A DNA stretch of 64,000 nucleotides from Candidatus Spyradocola sp. (GTDB lineage: Bacteria; Bacillota; Clostridia; Christensenellales; UBA1750), in NCBI GenBank assembly GCA_034113365.1, contig JAXEXP010000158.1, positions 1,759 to 65,758 of the forward strand, read 5' to 3'. Made by a program: the position numbers and the translations under genes. Under the pieces are notes generated by a model, which was given only the letters and a program-made list of their open reading frames with translations, was not told where the DNA came from and made no database searches. Position 1 is the stretch's first letter. Each line of letters begins with the position of its first letter. This document shows positions 1 to 8,152 of the stretch, piece after piece.

Positions 1-589
1 AGGAACAATCGTAGACATCCGGCTTGTCCCTCTGCGCCTGGCTGTACTTGCAGCCTACCTTGGATTTTGCCCAGCTGGCCGCCTTGGCTGCGACGTCCGC
101 CGCATCGTAGTGCTTGTCCTCTTGGGCCACATCGCTGTACCACAACCCATTGCGCTCCATGCACGCCTCCACGTCGCTGACGCGGCCCGTGGTGTCCAGC
201 GTCTTGGCCTGCGTGCTGTTCTGACCATAGCGATGGGCCAGCAGCGCGAACCGCCAGCGGTCGTCGCCCGCAAAGCCGTGACGCTTGGCCGCAAGGCCAG
301 CATAGTAGACGTACACCGCCGCCAGCCCCCTGATCGACGCCCAGCCCTCCAGGTCGAACTCGAACCCGGCATAGCGATAATAGTCCTGCGCATACTGCGG
401 CTTGAACTGGCACGGCCCCACCGAGCCCGCGCTGCTGACCAGCCCCAGCCGGAAGTTGCTCTCGCGCTCCACCGTGCCCAGCAGGATGCCCACCGGCACG
501 GAGAACTCCGCGCTTGCCGCCTGCGCAATGACCAGCGCCGCGTTGGGCGCGGCCTTGCCGTCTGCCTGTTTCCATGTGATCGTCGCCAT
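1..589 (-). CDS. Peptidoglycan hydrolase with an SLT-like lytic transglycosylase domain followed by the start of an NlpC/P60 domain (partial; continues past the left edge)
   Basis: Absent from the ORF track because it has no stop in the window. The minus frame from ATG 589..587 (TAATG overlap with the upstream stop) reads MATITWKQADGKAAP...LLGTVERESNFRLGLVSSAGSVGPCQF (SLT-type E-S...G.xQ motif) and ends ...SWAKSKVGCKYSQAQRDKPDVYDCS (NlpC/P60 catalytic-Cys motif). Confidence 0.75.
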   Translation of the reverse strand, partial: MATITWKQADGKAAPNAALVIAQAASAEFSVPVGILLGTVERESNFRLGLVSSAGSVGPCQFKPQYAQDYYRYAGFEFDLEGWASIRGLAAVYVYYAGLAAKRHGFAGDDRWRFALLAHRYGQNSTQAKTLDTTGRVSDVEACMERNGLWYSDVAQEDKHYDAADVAAKAASWAKSKVGCKYSQAQRDKPDVYDCS

Positions 590-1212
590 TACTCCGTCAC
601 CTCCGTCCAGCCGTAGACGCCCGGCTCCCAGGTGTTGGCGTCCACATCGCTTGTCCACTTGCTGCCGTTATGGATGACCTTCGCGCCCTGCGCATAGGCG
701 TCCGTGCTGCCGGTCGGCTGCACCCACTCGGGCCACTCCTGCGCCGGGTCGGCGATGCGCACCCACAGGCTGGGGCTGTTCTCGGGCGTCCACGTCTCCT
801 GCGAGGTGTGGGCGGTCAGGCAGCGGTACAGGTCTGCGCCGCGCGTGCGGATGTCGCCCACCACATACGCAGCGCCCGCGCCGCTCCACTCCTCAAACAG
901 CACGCGGGGCTGCGCATAAGCCACGTCGTCCGGGACGTATCGCTGCGCGGTGTGCGCCGCCTCCTTGACGGCCGCCTCGCCCTTGACGTAGGCGGCAAAC
1001 GCCTCAACGTCCGCAGCCAGCCCCTGCAGGTCGCTGCTCCAAAACATCACGCCCACAGCCGGGTTGGCCCGGATGGGGATTATGCGCCGCACCAGCGCCG
1101 GGGTGCAGACGGTCTGCGGGATAGCGGGGTTCTCTGCCAGCTGCGCGATGAGCTGCCGGGCTTCCTCGGTGTTTGTGTCGGCCACGATGACCATTCTGAG
1201 CTCTCTTTCCAT
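589..1212 (-). CDS. Phage protein with two C-terminal CBM5/12-like carbohydrate-binding repeats
   Basis: 207-aa ORF with RBS AAGGAGG upstream of ATG 1212. The repeats are YVVGDIRTRGADLYRCLTAHTSQETWTPENSPSLW and YAQGAKVIHNGSKWTSDVDANTWEPGVYGW (aromatic W/Y pattern of chitin-binding type-3 modules). Confidence 0.7.
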   Translation of the reverse strand: MERELRMVIVADTNTEEARQLIAQLAENPAIPQTVCTPALVRRIIPIRANPAVGVMFWSSDLQGLAADVEAFAAYVKGEAAVKEAAHTAQRYVPDDVAYAQPRVLFEEWSGAGAAYVVGDIRTRGADLYRCLTAHTSQETWTPENSPSLWVRIADPAQEWPEWVQPTGSTDAYAQGAKVIHNGSKWTSDVDANTWEPGVYGWTEVTE

Positions 1213-1224
1213 CTAGTGCCTCCT

Positions 1225-2358
1225 TTATTTTGCCAGCAGGTCGGCCAGCGTGGTGATGAGCACGGTGCCAATCTCTCCGTCAGCGCCTGCAGTGGACGTT
1301 GCAGTTATATTTTTTGTTGACTCAGTGGCAGTAGCAGATGCGCCTCCAAAACCTCCTCGTGCAGCGACGCTGCCTTCATTCGTGAAGTCACCAGTGTGAA
1401 TAATTGCGATGATACCGCCACCAGCGGCGCCAGCGCCCGCACCAGCCGAAGCATCAACGTATCCATATGAAGAGTTCGCATAATTGTTTGTGTTTTTCAC
1501 ACCATTGCCACCATCACCACCATCAGCAGTGATTACGCCAGTGCCTTCGATAACAACTCGACCTTTCGCAAAGATAAAGATAGCGCCGCCGCCGATTGCA
1601 TCCCCTGCAGTTCCAGCAACGCCCCAGGAATAACTGCCAATTGCGCCAGCGCCTCCAGGCCCCGCTCCTCCTATTTTTGCACCATTACCAGTTTTGGCAC
1701 CCGCTCCGCACCCATATATTCCTGCTATACCGGCGTCAACTTCTTCCGCAGTTTGTTTATACGGTATTGTCGTTCCAACAGGGGGCCTTTCCACAGAGGA
1801 ACCGCCGGCAAGAGCATTATAACTATACTGCACGTTCCCACTGCCGCCACCGTAGCCACCACCGAATGCAAATCCAAGACCGCCCTGTCCCGGCGCGCCA
1901 ATAGCAAAAGAATCTGTATTTTTATCTGTTTCAGAACCGTAATACTTTCGGAAGCCTTGACCAGTGCCAGCCGTCCCACCCTTCCCGCCAGTCAGACCTC
2001 CGCACAGCGCCACGTGCACCTCGGCGGCGCACTGATCCTCCATGGGGTTGGCCAGCGGGGCCTTTTTGTCCATGGAGATCGTGCCCTTGATCGTCAGGTC
2101 GCCGCTAAACAGCAGCACCATGCCGTTGCACCGGTTCGCCGCCGTCAACAGGCTGCCCGTGCCAATGTACCCGGACGTGTACTGCTTGACGATCTGTCCC
2201 TCGTCCTGCGCCACATCCAGCGCCAGCGTCTCGCCGTCCGCGACAAACAGCTCCCCGTCTCGCCCGTCGCCAAACCACCCGGCGTTGGCGCCGCCGCCCG
2301 TGGCCGCGCCCACCACGATGGAGATGCCCTTGCGCGCCGCATCTACTACTGTCGCCAT
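1225..2358 (-). CDS. Glycine-rich phage tail fibre/receptor-binding-like protein
   Basis: 377 aa with RBS GGAGGG. Long GGxGG/GxG tracts and the FGDGRDGELFV motif. It sits inside the fibre operon. Confidence 0.7.
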   Translation of the reverse strand: MATVVDAARKGISIVVGAATGGGANAGWFGDGRDGELFVADGETLALDVAQDEGQIVKQYTSGYIGTGSLLTAANRCNGMVLLFSGDLTIKGTISMDKKAPLANPMEDQCAAEVHVALCGGLTGGKGGTAGTGQGFRKYYGSETDKNTDSFAIGAPGQGGLGFAFGGGYGGGSGNVQYSYNALAGGSSVERPPVGTTIPYKQTAEEVDAGIAGIYGCGAGAKTGNGAKIGGAGPGGAGAIGSYSWGVAGTAGDAIGGGAIFIFAKGRVVIEGTGVITADGGDGGNGVKNTNNYANSSYGYVDASAGAGAGAAGGGIIAIIHTGDFTNEGSVAARGGFGGASATATESTKNITATSTAGADGEIGTVLITTLADLLAK

Positions 2359-2359
2359 A

Positions 2360-2545
2360 TCATCCCTCCGTCTGTTCCATGATTTTGAGCTTGAAGATCA
2401 GCGCCTCCTCAGGCACCGCATCGATGTACAGCAGCACACTTCCCGCGCCCGGGTCACAGGAGCCCCAGGCGTATGCGCCTTTCTGCGCATCGCTGATGGA
2501 CCAGAGCAGTGTGTCGTCCGCAGTGATCTCCTCGCAGGATATCAC
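2360..2545 (-). CDS. Small hypothetical phage protein (61 aa)
   Basis: GTG start 3 nt after the upstream stop. It fills the gap in a tightly packed operon. No clear RBS. Confidence 0.45.
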   Translation of the reverse strand: MISCEEITADDTLLWSISDAQKGAYAWGSCDPGAGSVLLYIDAVPEEALIFKLKIMEQTEG

Positions 2546-2548
2546 CGC

Positions 2549-2761
2549 TTAATACCCTTCCCTCGTGCTGCTCTCCACCCAGTCCTCCGGTACCACCGTA
2601 ACTGTCTTGGTGGCCTTGCAGCGCAGCCAATCGGCGTCACCGCCGCGCGTTAGGTACAGCGCATTTTCATCGAGCGTACCCGCACGCGCCATCGCGTCGT
2701 ACTCGCTCTGCGGCAGCTCATAAACATCCAAATTGCCTGTCACCACATCCGACCAGGCCAT
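2549..2761 (-). CDS. Small phage protein (70 aa)
   Basis: Start moved from 2803 to ATG 2761, which is preceded by AGGAGGTGGTGAC and lies just after the upstream TGA. Sequence MAWSDVVTGNLDVYELPQSEYDAM... Confidence 0.55.
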   Translation of the reverse strand: MAWSDVVTGNLDVYELPQSEYDAMARAGTLDENALYLTRGGDADWLRCKATKTVTVVPEDWVESSTREGY

Positions 2762-2762
2762 G

Positions 2763-4475
2763 TCACCACCTCCTGTAGGTATATCCGTCCGCTGCCACGC
2801 CATCGTCCGGGTAGGCGTCCGGATCGTCGCTCGTCACCCATCCCACACGCCGCTGAAAGGTATAGGCCTCCTGCGGGGGCGTAAAGTCTGCTGTCCACCG
2901 CGCAACGTCGCTGATGCGAATTTCGTCCATATACCCGGAGAAGCAACCACCGAGATAGTAGCCGATATTTATTGGCTTTGTGAACGAAAACGCTGCAGAG
3001 CTATTTGCGCTACCTTTGCACACACCGTTTTCAAATGCATAAAAGGTGCTGCCACTTCGCACCACGCTTCGATGTATCCACTGATTCAGCAAGGGGTATC
3101 CGCTGGCCATTGAATCGGCTACATTCCAGCTCGACGAGTTGTTTGAGGCGTAAAACTTGAGTGTCCCGTCAATGCTGTCCACGTATCCTAAGAGAAGACC
3201 AGAATAATTATCATTATTGCCGTTACGGGATATGGTTCCTGTGTTTCCGATGGCCGCAGTGCGGTATTCCCACCAATCTACCGTCCAGTCGCCAGAACCA
3301 TTGCAAAGAGATACATCGTCAATAGTGAGATAATGGCTCCCACCAAAGTACAGAGACTTACCTCCGAACCTGCTTTGCTCTGTGCTGACCTGTACACCGT
3401 TGTTGGTGAGCGCATGCCCGCCGATCCAATCCTCCAGCGTGTCGCTGATGAGCAGCAGCGTGTGCGGATCCTCCGCGCCCTCCAGCTTCTCCCAGATGTA
3501 GCACGGGCCCGTGCGCCGCTGCGCTCGGATGACGCGCTCCATCTGCGCTTCGTCCACGTCCCCCCACACACCGCCCTGCCTGACGTACAGCGTCCTGCCG
3601 CGCGTCCACACGCCGTTTTGCTTCACCCACAACGGGCAGCTCTGCACCTGAATGACCGTCACGCGCACATAGCCGTCGCCACTGTTTCCGGTAGCCGCTG
3701 TGCCGTCGGGCAGCGTCATGGCGGCATTGCCCGCGATCATGACAGCATCCGTCAGGTAGTGCGCGCTGTTCAGCAGGCAGCCGGATGGATAATTGGCCGC
3801 ATTGGCTGCTGTCCACAGATAGCCGCTGCCCCCGCCACCCCCGCGATCGTCATCCACTGAGCTATCCGGATACGCTCCCCCGCCGCCATACCAGCCGCCG
3901 CCGCCCGCGCCGCCGTAGCCCGAGGAGCGGTACAGGCCCTGCCCGCCCTGGCCGAAGGTCCCGGAGTTGCTGTTTCCGCCCGCGCCGCCTGCGGTCTGGG
4001 TACCGCCTCCGCCGCCCGTGCCGTAGTATTCCGACGCGGTGCCGCCGGTCTCTCCGCCTCCATACAGGCCGATCTTGCTGGCCGCGCCGTCCGAACCGCC
4101 GCCTCCCGCCACCAGCAGACGTGCATAAAGAGAGTTTTCGCCCAACCGCACGTCCGACGCACCGCCGCCGCCCGGATAGGTCGTGCGCGATCCTCCGCCG
4201 TTGAATCCGCCCGCCGTGCCGCCCGTATTGCCGGCGCCGCCAGCCAGCAGGAAGAGTACCGTCGCTTCCTCCAACATCAGCGTGCCCACGGCATACCCGC
4301 CCTTGCCGCCGTAAGTGGGAGAGGAGCGATAGCCGCCCTGCGCACCCCAGCACTCCAGCTTATAGATGCCCTTCGGCAGCTCAACCGGGATGGCTTGTCC
4401 GCTGTACGGGCAGTTAAGCACGTCGCCCGCTGACAGCTTTGTGGGCAGCACACCTGTCACATCATAGCTCGCCAC
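2763..4475 (-). CDS. Glycine-rich domain + LamG/concanavalin-like lectin domain protein (putative receptor-binding protein)
   Basis: 570 aa, GTG start with GAGGAGG RBS. The N-terminal region has CWGAQGGYRSSPTYGGKGGYAVG Gly-rich motifs. The C-terminal region has a LamG-like pattern (GDWTVDWWEY...LNQWIHRSVV...FSGYMDEIRISDVARW). Confidence 0.8.
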   Translation of the reverse strand: MASYDVTGVLPTKLSAGDVLNCPYSGQAIPVELPKGIYKLECWGAQGGYRSSPTYGGKGGYAVGTLMLEEATVLFLLAGGAGNTGGTAGGFNGGGSRTTYPGGGGASDVRLGENSLYARLLVAGGGGSDGAASKIGLYGGGETGGTASEYYGTGGGGGTQTAGGAGGNSNSGTFGQGGQGLYRSSGYGGAGGGGWYGGGGAYPDSSVDDDRGGGGGSGYLWTAANAANYPSGCLLNSAHYLTDAVMIAGNAAMTLPDGTAATGNSGDGYVRVTVIQVQSCPLWVKQNGVWTRGRTLYVRQGGVWGDVDEAQMERVIRAQRRTGPCYIWEKLEGAEDPHTLLLISDTLEDWIGGHALTNNGVQVSTEQSRFGGKSLYFGGSHYLTIDDVSLCNGSGDWTVDWWEYRTAAIGNTGTISRNGNNDNYSGLLLGYVDSIDGTLKFYASNNSSSWNVADSMASGYPLLNQWIHRSVVRSGSTFYAFENGVCKGSANSSAAFSFTKPINIGYYLGGCFSGYMDEIRISDVARWTADFTPPQEAYTFQRRVGWVTSDDPDAYPDDGVAADGYTYRRW

Positions 4476-4478
4476 GCG

Positions 4479-4727
4479 CTAAGCCTCCTCCAGTGCCAGG
4501 TACAGGTCGCCGTCCTGCCCCACTGATGCGTCAGGGGCTTCGTCCGTGGTGCCAGTGTACAGCGTACAGTACGTCCCGGTACCCGTGTGCAGCCCGTCTT
4601 GCGCATAGTACGTCTTGCCCGCCAGCACGTCCGGCTCCGTAGCAGTTGCGTCGTCCGTGGGGATCAGGGTAATGGTATCGGATGTCATCACCTGCCCGCA
4701 GCGTTTGCTGCCCCAATATAGTGCCAC
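4479..4727 (-). CDS. Small phage protein (82 aa)
   Basis: GTG start 7 nt after AGGAGGG, within the packed operon. Confidence 0.55.
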   Translation of the reverse strand: MALYWGSKRCGQVMTSDTITLIPTDDATATEPDVLAGKTYYAQDGLHTGTGTYCTLYTGTTDEAPDASVGQDGDLYLALEEA

Positions 4728-4743
4728 ATCGCGCCCTCCTCTC

Positions 4744-5919
4744 TTAATCCATCCATCTGTGCAGGGTCAGCGTTGCGCTGGCGCCGGCCGGTCCCTGTGG
4801 TCCCGTTGCGCCAATCTCACCCTTGTCGCCCTTTGGCCCCTGCGGCCCGGTCGCGCCGGTGTCGCCTTTGGGGCCCTGTGCACCTGTCGCACTGTCCTCC
4901 CCTGCTGGGCCGGTCGGGCCTTGCGGTCCCGTCTCGCCTTTGGGTCCCTGGGGACCCGTTGCGCCCGTTGCTCCCGTATCGCCCTTATCCCCCTTCGGAC
5001 CCTGCAGCGGGCCGTTATTGACCCAGCCGGATGTGCTTCCGTAGATGTAGATGTCATACGGTTCACCCGTGCCCACGCCGTAGGCGTCGCCGGGAGAAGG
5101 CGCTGTCACCGCTGCCCGCAGCGCCGCTGCCGAATCATAATAGTCCAGCACCGCAAAGCCCGAACCCGTGTCGCCCTTGTCCCCTTTGGGGCCCTGGACG
5201 CCTTGCGGACCCGTCGCACCGGTTTCGCCTTTTGGGCCCTGCGGGCCGGTCTCTCCCTGTGCACCCTGCGGCCCCTGTGCGCCCATGTCGCCCTTCGGGC
5301 CCTGCGGCCCGGTTGCGCCCATGTCACCCTTTGGCCCCTGCGGGCCGGTCGCGCCGGTGTCGCCTTTGTCACCCTTGGGGATGGACAGCGCGATGCGCAG
5401 CCCGCTGGTCTTGTCCAGCTGTGCGCTGCCCTGTGCCGCGGTTCCCTCCGGCAGCGTCTCAACGCTCACCGACACCCTGCTCACCGCTGCGGTAAAATCT
5501 TCCACAGCCTGCGCGCGGGCTAGAAGAGCCTGTCCCTCCTTCTCGACCATTTGTGCTTGTTCTGTAACCTGATCCAGCAGCGTGGGATTGGCCCTTGCGA
5601 TCTTTTCACCGATCGCCGGGAGCCGGTCTACATGCAGCTCGAAGGGCTCGCTATGCCATACCATCTCATCGCCCCTGCGCCGCTCCAGGTAGCACCGATA
5701 CCGTGCCGGCCTGCGCATGTAGGTGCGCTCCGGCGTCCAGACACCATTTTCAAGCCACAGTACGTCACCGGAATTGCCTGTGCTCAGGTACAGCAGACAA
5801 CACTCATCCTCGTTGCCCGGAACGACAAAGCGCACGCTCTCAGCATTGTGATCCTCCTGCATGCCCAACGTGACACAGCGCGGTTCCGGCGTTCTGCCGC
5901 GGAAGCGTATCGTTTTCAT
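4744..5919 (-). CDS. Collagen-like (G-X-Y) repeat tail fibre protein
   Basis: 391 aa with RBS AGGAGGG. Two long GxY blocks (GDKGDTGATGPQGPKGDMGATGPQGPKGD...) are separated by a globular hinge. Confidence 0.85.
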   Translation of the reverse strand: MKTIRFRGRTPEPRCVTLGMQEDHNAESVRFVVPGNEDECCLLYLSTGNSGDVLWLENGVWTPERTYMRRPARYRCYLERRRGDEMVWHSEPFELHVDRLPAIGEKIARANPTLLDQVTEQAQMVEKEGQALLARAQAVEDFTAAVSRVSVSVETLPEGTAAQGSAQLDKTSGLRIALSIPKGDKGDTGATGPQGPKGDMGATGPQGPKGDMGAQGPQGAQGETGPQGPKGETGATGPQGVQGPKGDKGDTGSGFAVLDYYDSAAALRAAVTAPSPGDAYGVGTGEPYDIYIYGSTSGWVNNGPLQGPKGDKGDTGATGATGPQGPKGETGPQGPTGPAGEDSATGAQGPKGDTGATGPQGPKGDKGEIGATGPQGPAGASATLTLHRWMD

Positions 5920-5928
5920 TGCGCCCTC

Positions 5929-7395
5929 CTATCGCACGCTGAACAGCACCATGTGCAGCGTGATCGACTCCGGCGGGACATTGTTCGTCCACACCTTCAC
6001 CGTTCCGGTACCCGGTTCCAGCGCAGTCATGCTGACCTTGCCCTTCCATTCATCCGGCAGAACCAGCAGAAGGATCATTCCCGGTACGATGAGCTCGTCC
6101 GCAATGGTCGCATCGTACCGCATTTCCATCTCGTTGTAGATCCAGTCCGCGGTCTGCAGCGTGACTCCCTTCTTTGCGACCTCATACACATTGCTGCCGA
6201 TGCGCTGCGCGGTCTCCTCCATCGCCGCTTCCAGGTTGGAGGCATCGTAATACCCCTTCTGGTCGGAAAGATGGATCTCACTGGCCGTATAGGCCGGCTT
6301 CTTGTCTCCGATCCACGACGGCAGCACAGCGTCCTCGCCCTTTGGGCCCTGGATCCCCTGTTCGCCCTGCGGTCCGACCTCACCCTGAATGCCCTGGTCG
6401 CCCTTGTCGCCCTTCGGTCCCTTGATGTTCACGGGCGTCGGGTTCTCCAGATCTCCGGTGTTCCACCAGCTCAGGTTTCCGTCCGCATCGATCTCTGGGT
6501 AGTAGTACGCGCCGTCAGCGCCAGTCTCACCGATCGCGCCCACGATCTGCCCATAGTTGACCCAGCCGCTTTTCTCTCCGTAAATGTAGACATCGCAGGG
6601 CGTCGTCGTGCCCACACCGTATCCATCGCCCGGTTTGGGCGCAGGCACAGCAGCCAGCAGCTCCTCTTCGGTGTCAAAGTGGTCGATCAGCTTAAAGCCC
6701 AGCCCCGTCTCGCCCTTCTCGCCGCGCGGCAGCCCCAGCGCCAGCCGGATGCCATCCTCTGCCGTCATGCTGATGCTCGCCGTTGCAGGGTATCCGGACT
6801 TGAGCGTGCTTGCCGTGACGCGGATTGAGGACAGCTTTCCCTCTCGCTCCGCCTCTGCATCCTGCCGCAGCTGCTCCGCTGCCTGCCGCTCTTCTTCCGC
6901 GGTCATGCGCAGCTCCTCAGCGTCCCGGCGTTCTGCCTCGGCCTCCTGCCGGTCCTCTTCCGTCGCCTCCAGCTGGTTGAGCTTAGCCAGCGCAGCAATC
7001 AGCGTGCGGAACTCATCCCGGCTCGTGATCTTGCCGTTGTCGTACAGCACGCCCTCCACATATACGTCAAACCTGGGCGAGTACAGGATTGCGCTGTCCA
7101 CGCCGTAGATCAGGAGCTCACAGGTGACCGCGCCTTCCACCGCCGCCAGCTGCTCGGGAATCTCATACTCCACAATGCTCCCGGTCAGCTCGCAGTCGTC
7201 CAGCAGCACCGTTCCGTCCGGCTTGACCGCGCGCAGGATCGCAGCGTCAAGGTATTCATAGCCCAGCGGCTTGCCGCCGTCCGTCAGCGCCGCGACGATC
7301 CGTCGCGCCTTTTGCTCGCCCTGCCGCATCCGGATGGACGCCTGGCTGCCGCTGCGCCGCACATCCAGCCTCAGATCGTAGGTCACGCTTCTCAT
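5929..7395 (-). CDS. BppU-like baseplate/fibre protein with coiled coil and collagen-like repeats
   Basis: Start moved to ATG 7395 (RBS AAGGAGGCGGAGGCT). The N-terminus MRSVTYDLRLDVRRSGSQASIRMRQGEQKARRIV resembles the BppU N-terminal domain as I recall it. An E/R/A-rich coiled coil and GxY blocks follow. Confidence 0.8.
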   Translation of the reverse strand: MRSVTYDLRLDVRRSGSQASIRMRQGEQKARRIVAALTDGGKPLGYEYLDAAILRAVKPDGTVLLDDCELTGSIVEYEIPEQLAAVEGAVTCELLIYGVDSAILYSPRFDVYVEGVLYDNGKITSRDEFRTLIAALAKLNQLEATEEDRQEAEAERRDAEELRMTAEEERQAAEQLRQDAEAEREGKLSSIRVTASTLKSGYPATASISMTAEDGIRLALGLPRGEKGETGLGFKLIDHFDTEEELLAAVPAPKPGDGYGVGTTTPCDVYIYGEKSGWVNYGQIVGAIGETGADGAYYYPEIDADGNLSWWNTGDLENPTPVNIKGPKGDKGDQGIQGEVGPQGEQGIQGPKGEDAVLPSWIGDKKPAYTASEIHLSDQKGYYDASNLEAAMEETAQRIGSNVYEVAKKGVTLQTADWIYNEMEMRYDATIADELIVPGMILLLVLPDEWKGKVSMTALEPGTGTVKVWTNNVPPESITLHMVLFSVR

Positions 7396-7489
7396 AGCCT
7401 CCGCCTCCTTTCGCTGACAGCGTATCACGCCAGTATGCGCGCCTTCTCCCCACATCACAGGAAAAAGCGCTCTGCTACACATAATCCTC

Positions 7490-7518
7490 TTGCACGTGTG
7501 ACATAATTATGGTATGAT
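7490..7518 (+). promoter_or_regulatory. Sigma-A-type promoter of the TA operon with a palindromic operator candidate
   Basis: TTGCAC (7490-7495), 17-nt spacer, TATGAT (7513-7518). The spacer contains the perfect palindrome CATAATTATG. Confidence 0.5.
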
Positions 7519-7542
7519 AAATCCACACAAAGGAGGGATATC

Positions 7543-7803
7543 ATGCCGAAGATCATTCCCATACGGGATCTGAAAGACACTGCTGCCATTTCTCAGATGT
7601 GCAGCGCATCGGATGAACCCGTTTTCATCACGAAAAACGGCTACGGCGACATGGTGATTATGAGCATGAAGGCTTATGAAGAGCGCATGCTCATGCAGGA
7701 CGTTTATGCCAAGCTCGCCAAGGCCGAAACCGAGTACCGCGAGGGCGAGGCTCTGGATGCCCGCACGGCGACGAAGGAGCTGCGTGCAAAGCATGGCCTA
7801 TAA
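7543..7803 (+). CDS. Type II antitoxin, Phd/YefM family
   Basis: 86 aa with RBS AAAGGAGGG. MPKIIPIRDLKDTAAIS...PVFITKNGYGDMVIMSMKAYE is a typical Phd/YefM N-terminus. Confidence 0.9.
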   Translation: MPKIIPIRDLKDTAAISQMCSASDEPVFITKNGYGDMVIMSMKAYEERMLMQDVYAKLAKAETEYREGEALDARTATKELRAKHGL

Positions 7804-8104
7804 GCTCAGCATCTCGCCCTCCGCCGTCGAAGATCTCGACGAGATCGTGGCCTACATCGCCCGTTCCCTGGATAACCCCGCGGCGGCAGCTGCATTTCTT
7901 GACAAAGTCTCCTCCTGCTATGACCGCATGGAGGAGATGCCCTATCTGTACGAGGAGTGCCGCGACCCAAATCTCCGCGCCCTCGGGTATCGCCGTGCCG
8001 TGATCGACCACTATGTCATGGTGTACAGCGTGGACGAACCGCAAAAGACCGTCCACATCCTGCGCTTCTTCTATGGCGCGCGCGACTACGAGAAACTCAT
8101 ATAA
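7793..8104 (+). CDS. Type II toxin, RelE/ParE family
   Basis: Start at ATG 7793, overlapping the antitoxin by 11 nt. 103 aa: MAYKLSISPSAVEDLDEIVAYI...VMVYSVDEPQKTVHILRFFYGARDYEKLI. Confidence 0.9.
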   Translation: MAYKLSISPSAVEDLDEIVAYIARSLDNPAAAAAFLDKVSSCYDRMEEMPYLYEECRDPNLRALGYRRAVIDHYVMVYSVDEPQKTVHILRFFYGARDYEKLI

Positions 8105-8121
8105 ACCGGTCAATTCATAGC

Positions 8122-8149
8122 AAAAAAGCGCCCCGATGGGGCGCTTTTT
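8122..8149. terminator. Bidirectional intrinsic terminator
   Basis: AAAAAAGCGCCCC-GAT-GGGGCGCTTTTT, flanked by an A-run and a T-run. It lies between convergent genes. Confidence 0.8.
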
Positions 8150-8152
8150 GCG

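Noticed and set aside
55-616. Tracked ORFs 55-528 (minus) and 110-616 (plus)
   Set aside because: Both are R/W/A-rich. The third minus frame, open to the window edge, encodes clear SLT and NlpC/P60 motifs and is translationally coupled to the upstream gene.
1225-7395. Diversity-generating retroelement targeting the fibre genes
   Set aside because: I looked for a reverse transcriptase ORF (YxDD motif) and a template/variable repeat pair with A-specific mismatches near the fibre 3' ends. I found none in the window.
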